This document shows, in pieces, positions 62,052 to 64,000 of a stretch of 64,000 bases of DNA. The stretch is from assembly GCA_002633005.1 (NCBI GenBank), contig NMRA01000120.1:745940-809939 (forward strand). Direction: 5' to 3'. The translations under genes and the position numbers were made by a program. Every line of letters begins with the position of its first letter. The first letter of the stretch is position 1. Below the pieces are notes generated by a model that saw only the letters and a list, made by a program, of their open reading frames with translations, searched no databases and was not told the origin of the DNA. The stretch is from Phoronis australis (Eukaryota; Animalia; Phoronida).

Positions 62052-63126
62052 CTGAATGAGGAAAATTATGTAAGTTATCACGGTGGAACTGACAGGTATT
62101 ACTAATCTATTTAAAATCAATATCAGATTGCGACCGACTGAAGCCTCTGTAAAACAACGCAAGGTTTACTCTTACTTCTTAATATCCTTCGGTTTTATTA
62201 TACCGTGAAAGGCGAGTTTCTTTAATGCATTTTCGTGACTTTTGCATCACTTCGTAGCCACATTTTTAGAGAATTAGGAAGATTTTAGAGCCAAAGTCGA
62301 ACAGTTAAGTATCAGTCAGGGAGACTTCTCAAATCATAGAGTCAGAAAACTAGTCATTATACTTGAAATTAAACTCCAAGTCATTTTGACACTTTCCGAT
62401 CCATTTTAATGCGAGCTGGAGTTAAGCATTTTTATGCGTTACAATATGTCATAAACTAAGTATATGATAGTCTAATGATGATTCCGCAATTGACGATTGA
62501 AACATTAATGCTACAACTTCGATTCTGAACCCAAATGATTAAGCTTTTACTCGAGTCCGTACACCAAGTGCAGAGACAGTAAGTACCAACTAGGAATCGA
62601 AACTCATCTCCGGAAACCATGATTTGCCCGAACATNCTGACAATGAACACCTAATGCAAAAACAGGGCGCAAACCAAGATCAGTCCATGAGTAACCGCAC
62701 CTCATAATGACTCCCTCCATGTCCAAGGCTTGAGGCCACACAGTAATTAGAAATGGTACGTATTATTCTAGAACAAGTTACCCTTACCTCCATAAGATAG
62801 AGTAAATTTCCACAAATGGGAAAAGTTACACTAGTTTGAATAGCATGCATCAAGCCTCATAAATAGCAACAACTCGTTCTACAAGTAATGTGTTCTAGGG
62901 TAATTCTGCGTGTGGCGGTGCTGAAATTTAAAAAATAATAATTTTGAATTACTTTTTATTATTTCACTTCACCTTTTAATACGAGGGCAATAAATCCTAG
63001 CACCCAACATTAAACATCAAAACATTGACATGTTACATATGAGAACAGACAAGCGTTCTTGCATCCATTAGGTGCAAATTAATTCACTGTAAAACGGAAG
63101 GTTAGCTCTTGTTACAGAAGTTTTAC

Positions 63127-63366
63127 CTTTCTCAGTGCACGGACTCAGTGTAGGGTTCCATGAGGTTAAACTACTAGAACTATAAGTAGAACTAGAGCAT
63201 GTGAAGACCATCGACGACATTCCCTTTCCGAACACTTTAGTGTCGAGGCATTGAAGTGTGATAGACTGGCCCTTACTGATAATCGTTGGCTTAGTTACAC
63301 TCAGAGAGCCCGTAGTTTTCCACTTTGCGCTGAGCATTACCAAGTCAAGTTTGCACGAAGGCACTG
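63127..63366 (-). CDS. Sushi/CCP-like repeat exon (intact, subtype C; near-identical to 61812-62051, possibly an allelic assembly duplicate)
   Basis: 240 nt, phase 1-1. Differs from the 62 kb copy by one residue (GKG vs GNG) and lies in the duplicated block that follows the 'n' at 62636. Confidence 0.7.
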
Positions 63367-64000
63367 CTGAATGAGGAAAATTGTGTAAGTTATCACGGTG
63401 GAACTGACAGGTATTACCAATCTATTTAAAATCAATATCAGATTGCGACCGACTAAAGCCTCTGTAAAACAACGCAAGGTTTACTCTTACTTCTTAATAT
63501 CCTTCGCTTTTATTCTACCGTGAAAGGCGAGTTTCTTTAATGCATTTTCGTGACTTTTGCTTCACTTTGTGGCCACCTTTTTAGAGAATTAGGAAGATTT
63601 TAGAGCCAAAGTCGAACAGTTAATATCAGTCAGGGAGACTTCTCAAATCATAGAGTCAGAAAACTAGTCATTATACTTGAAATTCAACTCCAAGTCATTT
63701 TGACACTTTCCGATCCATTTTAATGTGAGCTGGAGTTAAGCATTTTTTGTGCGTTACAATATGTCATAAACTAAGTATATGATAGTCTAATGATGATTCC
63801 GCAATTGACGATTGAAACATGAATGCTACAACTTCGATTCTGAACCCAAAAGATTAAGCTTTTACTCGAATCTGTACACCAAGTGCAGAGACAGTTAGTA
63901 CCAACTAGGAATCGAAACTCATATCCGGAAACCATGATTTGCCCGAACATACATCAATAAATATTTACCTCAAACCAGGACGAAAAACTGCAAGAATAAT

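Larger units (their letters stand above)
61317..63951. repeat. ~1.3-kb direct duplication joined at an 'n' (uncollapsed haplotypes or a very recent tandem duplication)
   Basis: 61317-62635 versus 62637-63951, scattered SNPs and small indels, n at 62636. Each half contains one sushi-like exon. Confidence 0.85.

Overview
AT-rich, repeat-rich eukaryotic DNA from an invertebrate animal, probably a lophotrochozoan (inferred from its gene and transposon families). It has spliceosomal introns, so most ORF-track entries are noise. Three host genes were reconstructed by hand, all on the minus strand. Two are tandem 3-exon beta-microseminoprotein (MSMB/PSP94)-like genes for secreted proteins: 19299-16869 (110 aa, 12 Cys) and 12238-3766 (107 aa, 10 Cys). 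The third is the 3' part of a type-I membrane protein whose ectodomain is built from tandemly duplicated, symmetric phase 1-1 exons, each encoding a 4-Cys + Trp sushi/CCP-like module. Thirteen copies are visible between 37.9 and 63.4 kb: 6 intact (two of which may be one exon duplicated by the assembly) and 7 dead pseudo-exons. They are followed by a TM + ~200 aa cytoplasmic exon (37556-36778). The rest is transposon debris: a near-full-length frameshifted L1/Tx1 LINE abutting an older L1 relic, a 5'-inverted RNase H-bearing non-LTR element, an AcademH-type RecQ helicase relic (plus a deleted second copy), an ISL2EU-like THAP/DDE/YqaJ relic, a hAT relic and several MITEs. Three direct duplications joined at single 'n' characters look like assembly artefacts.
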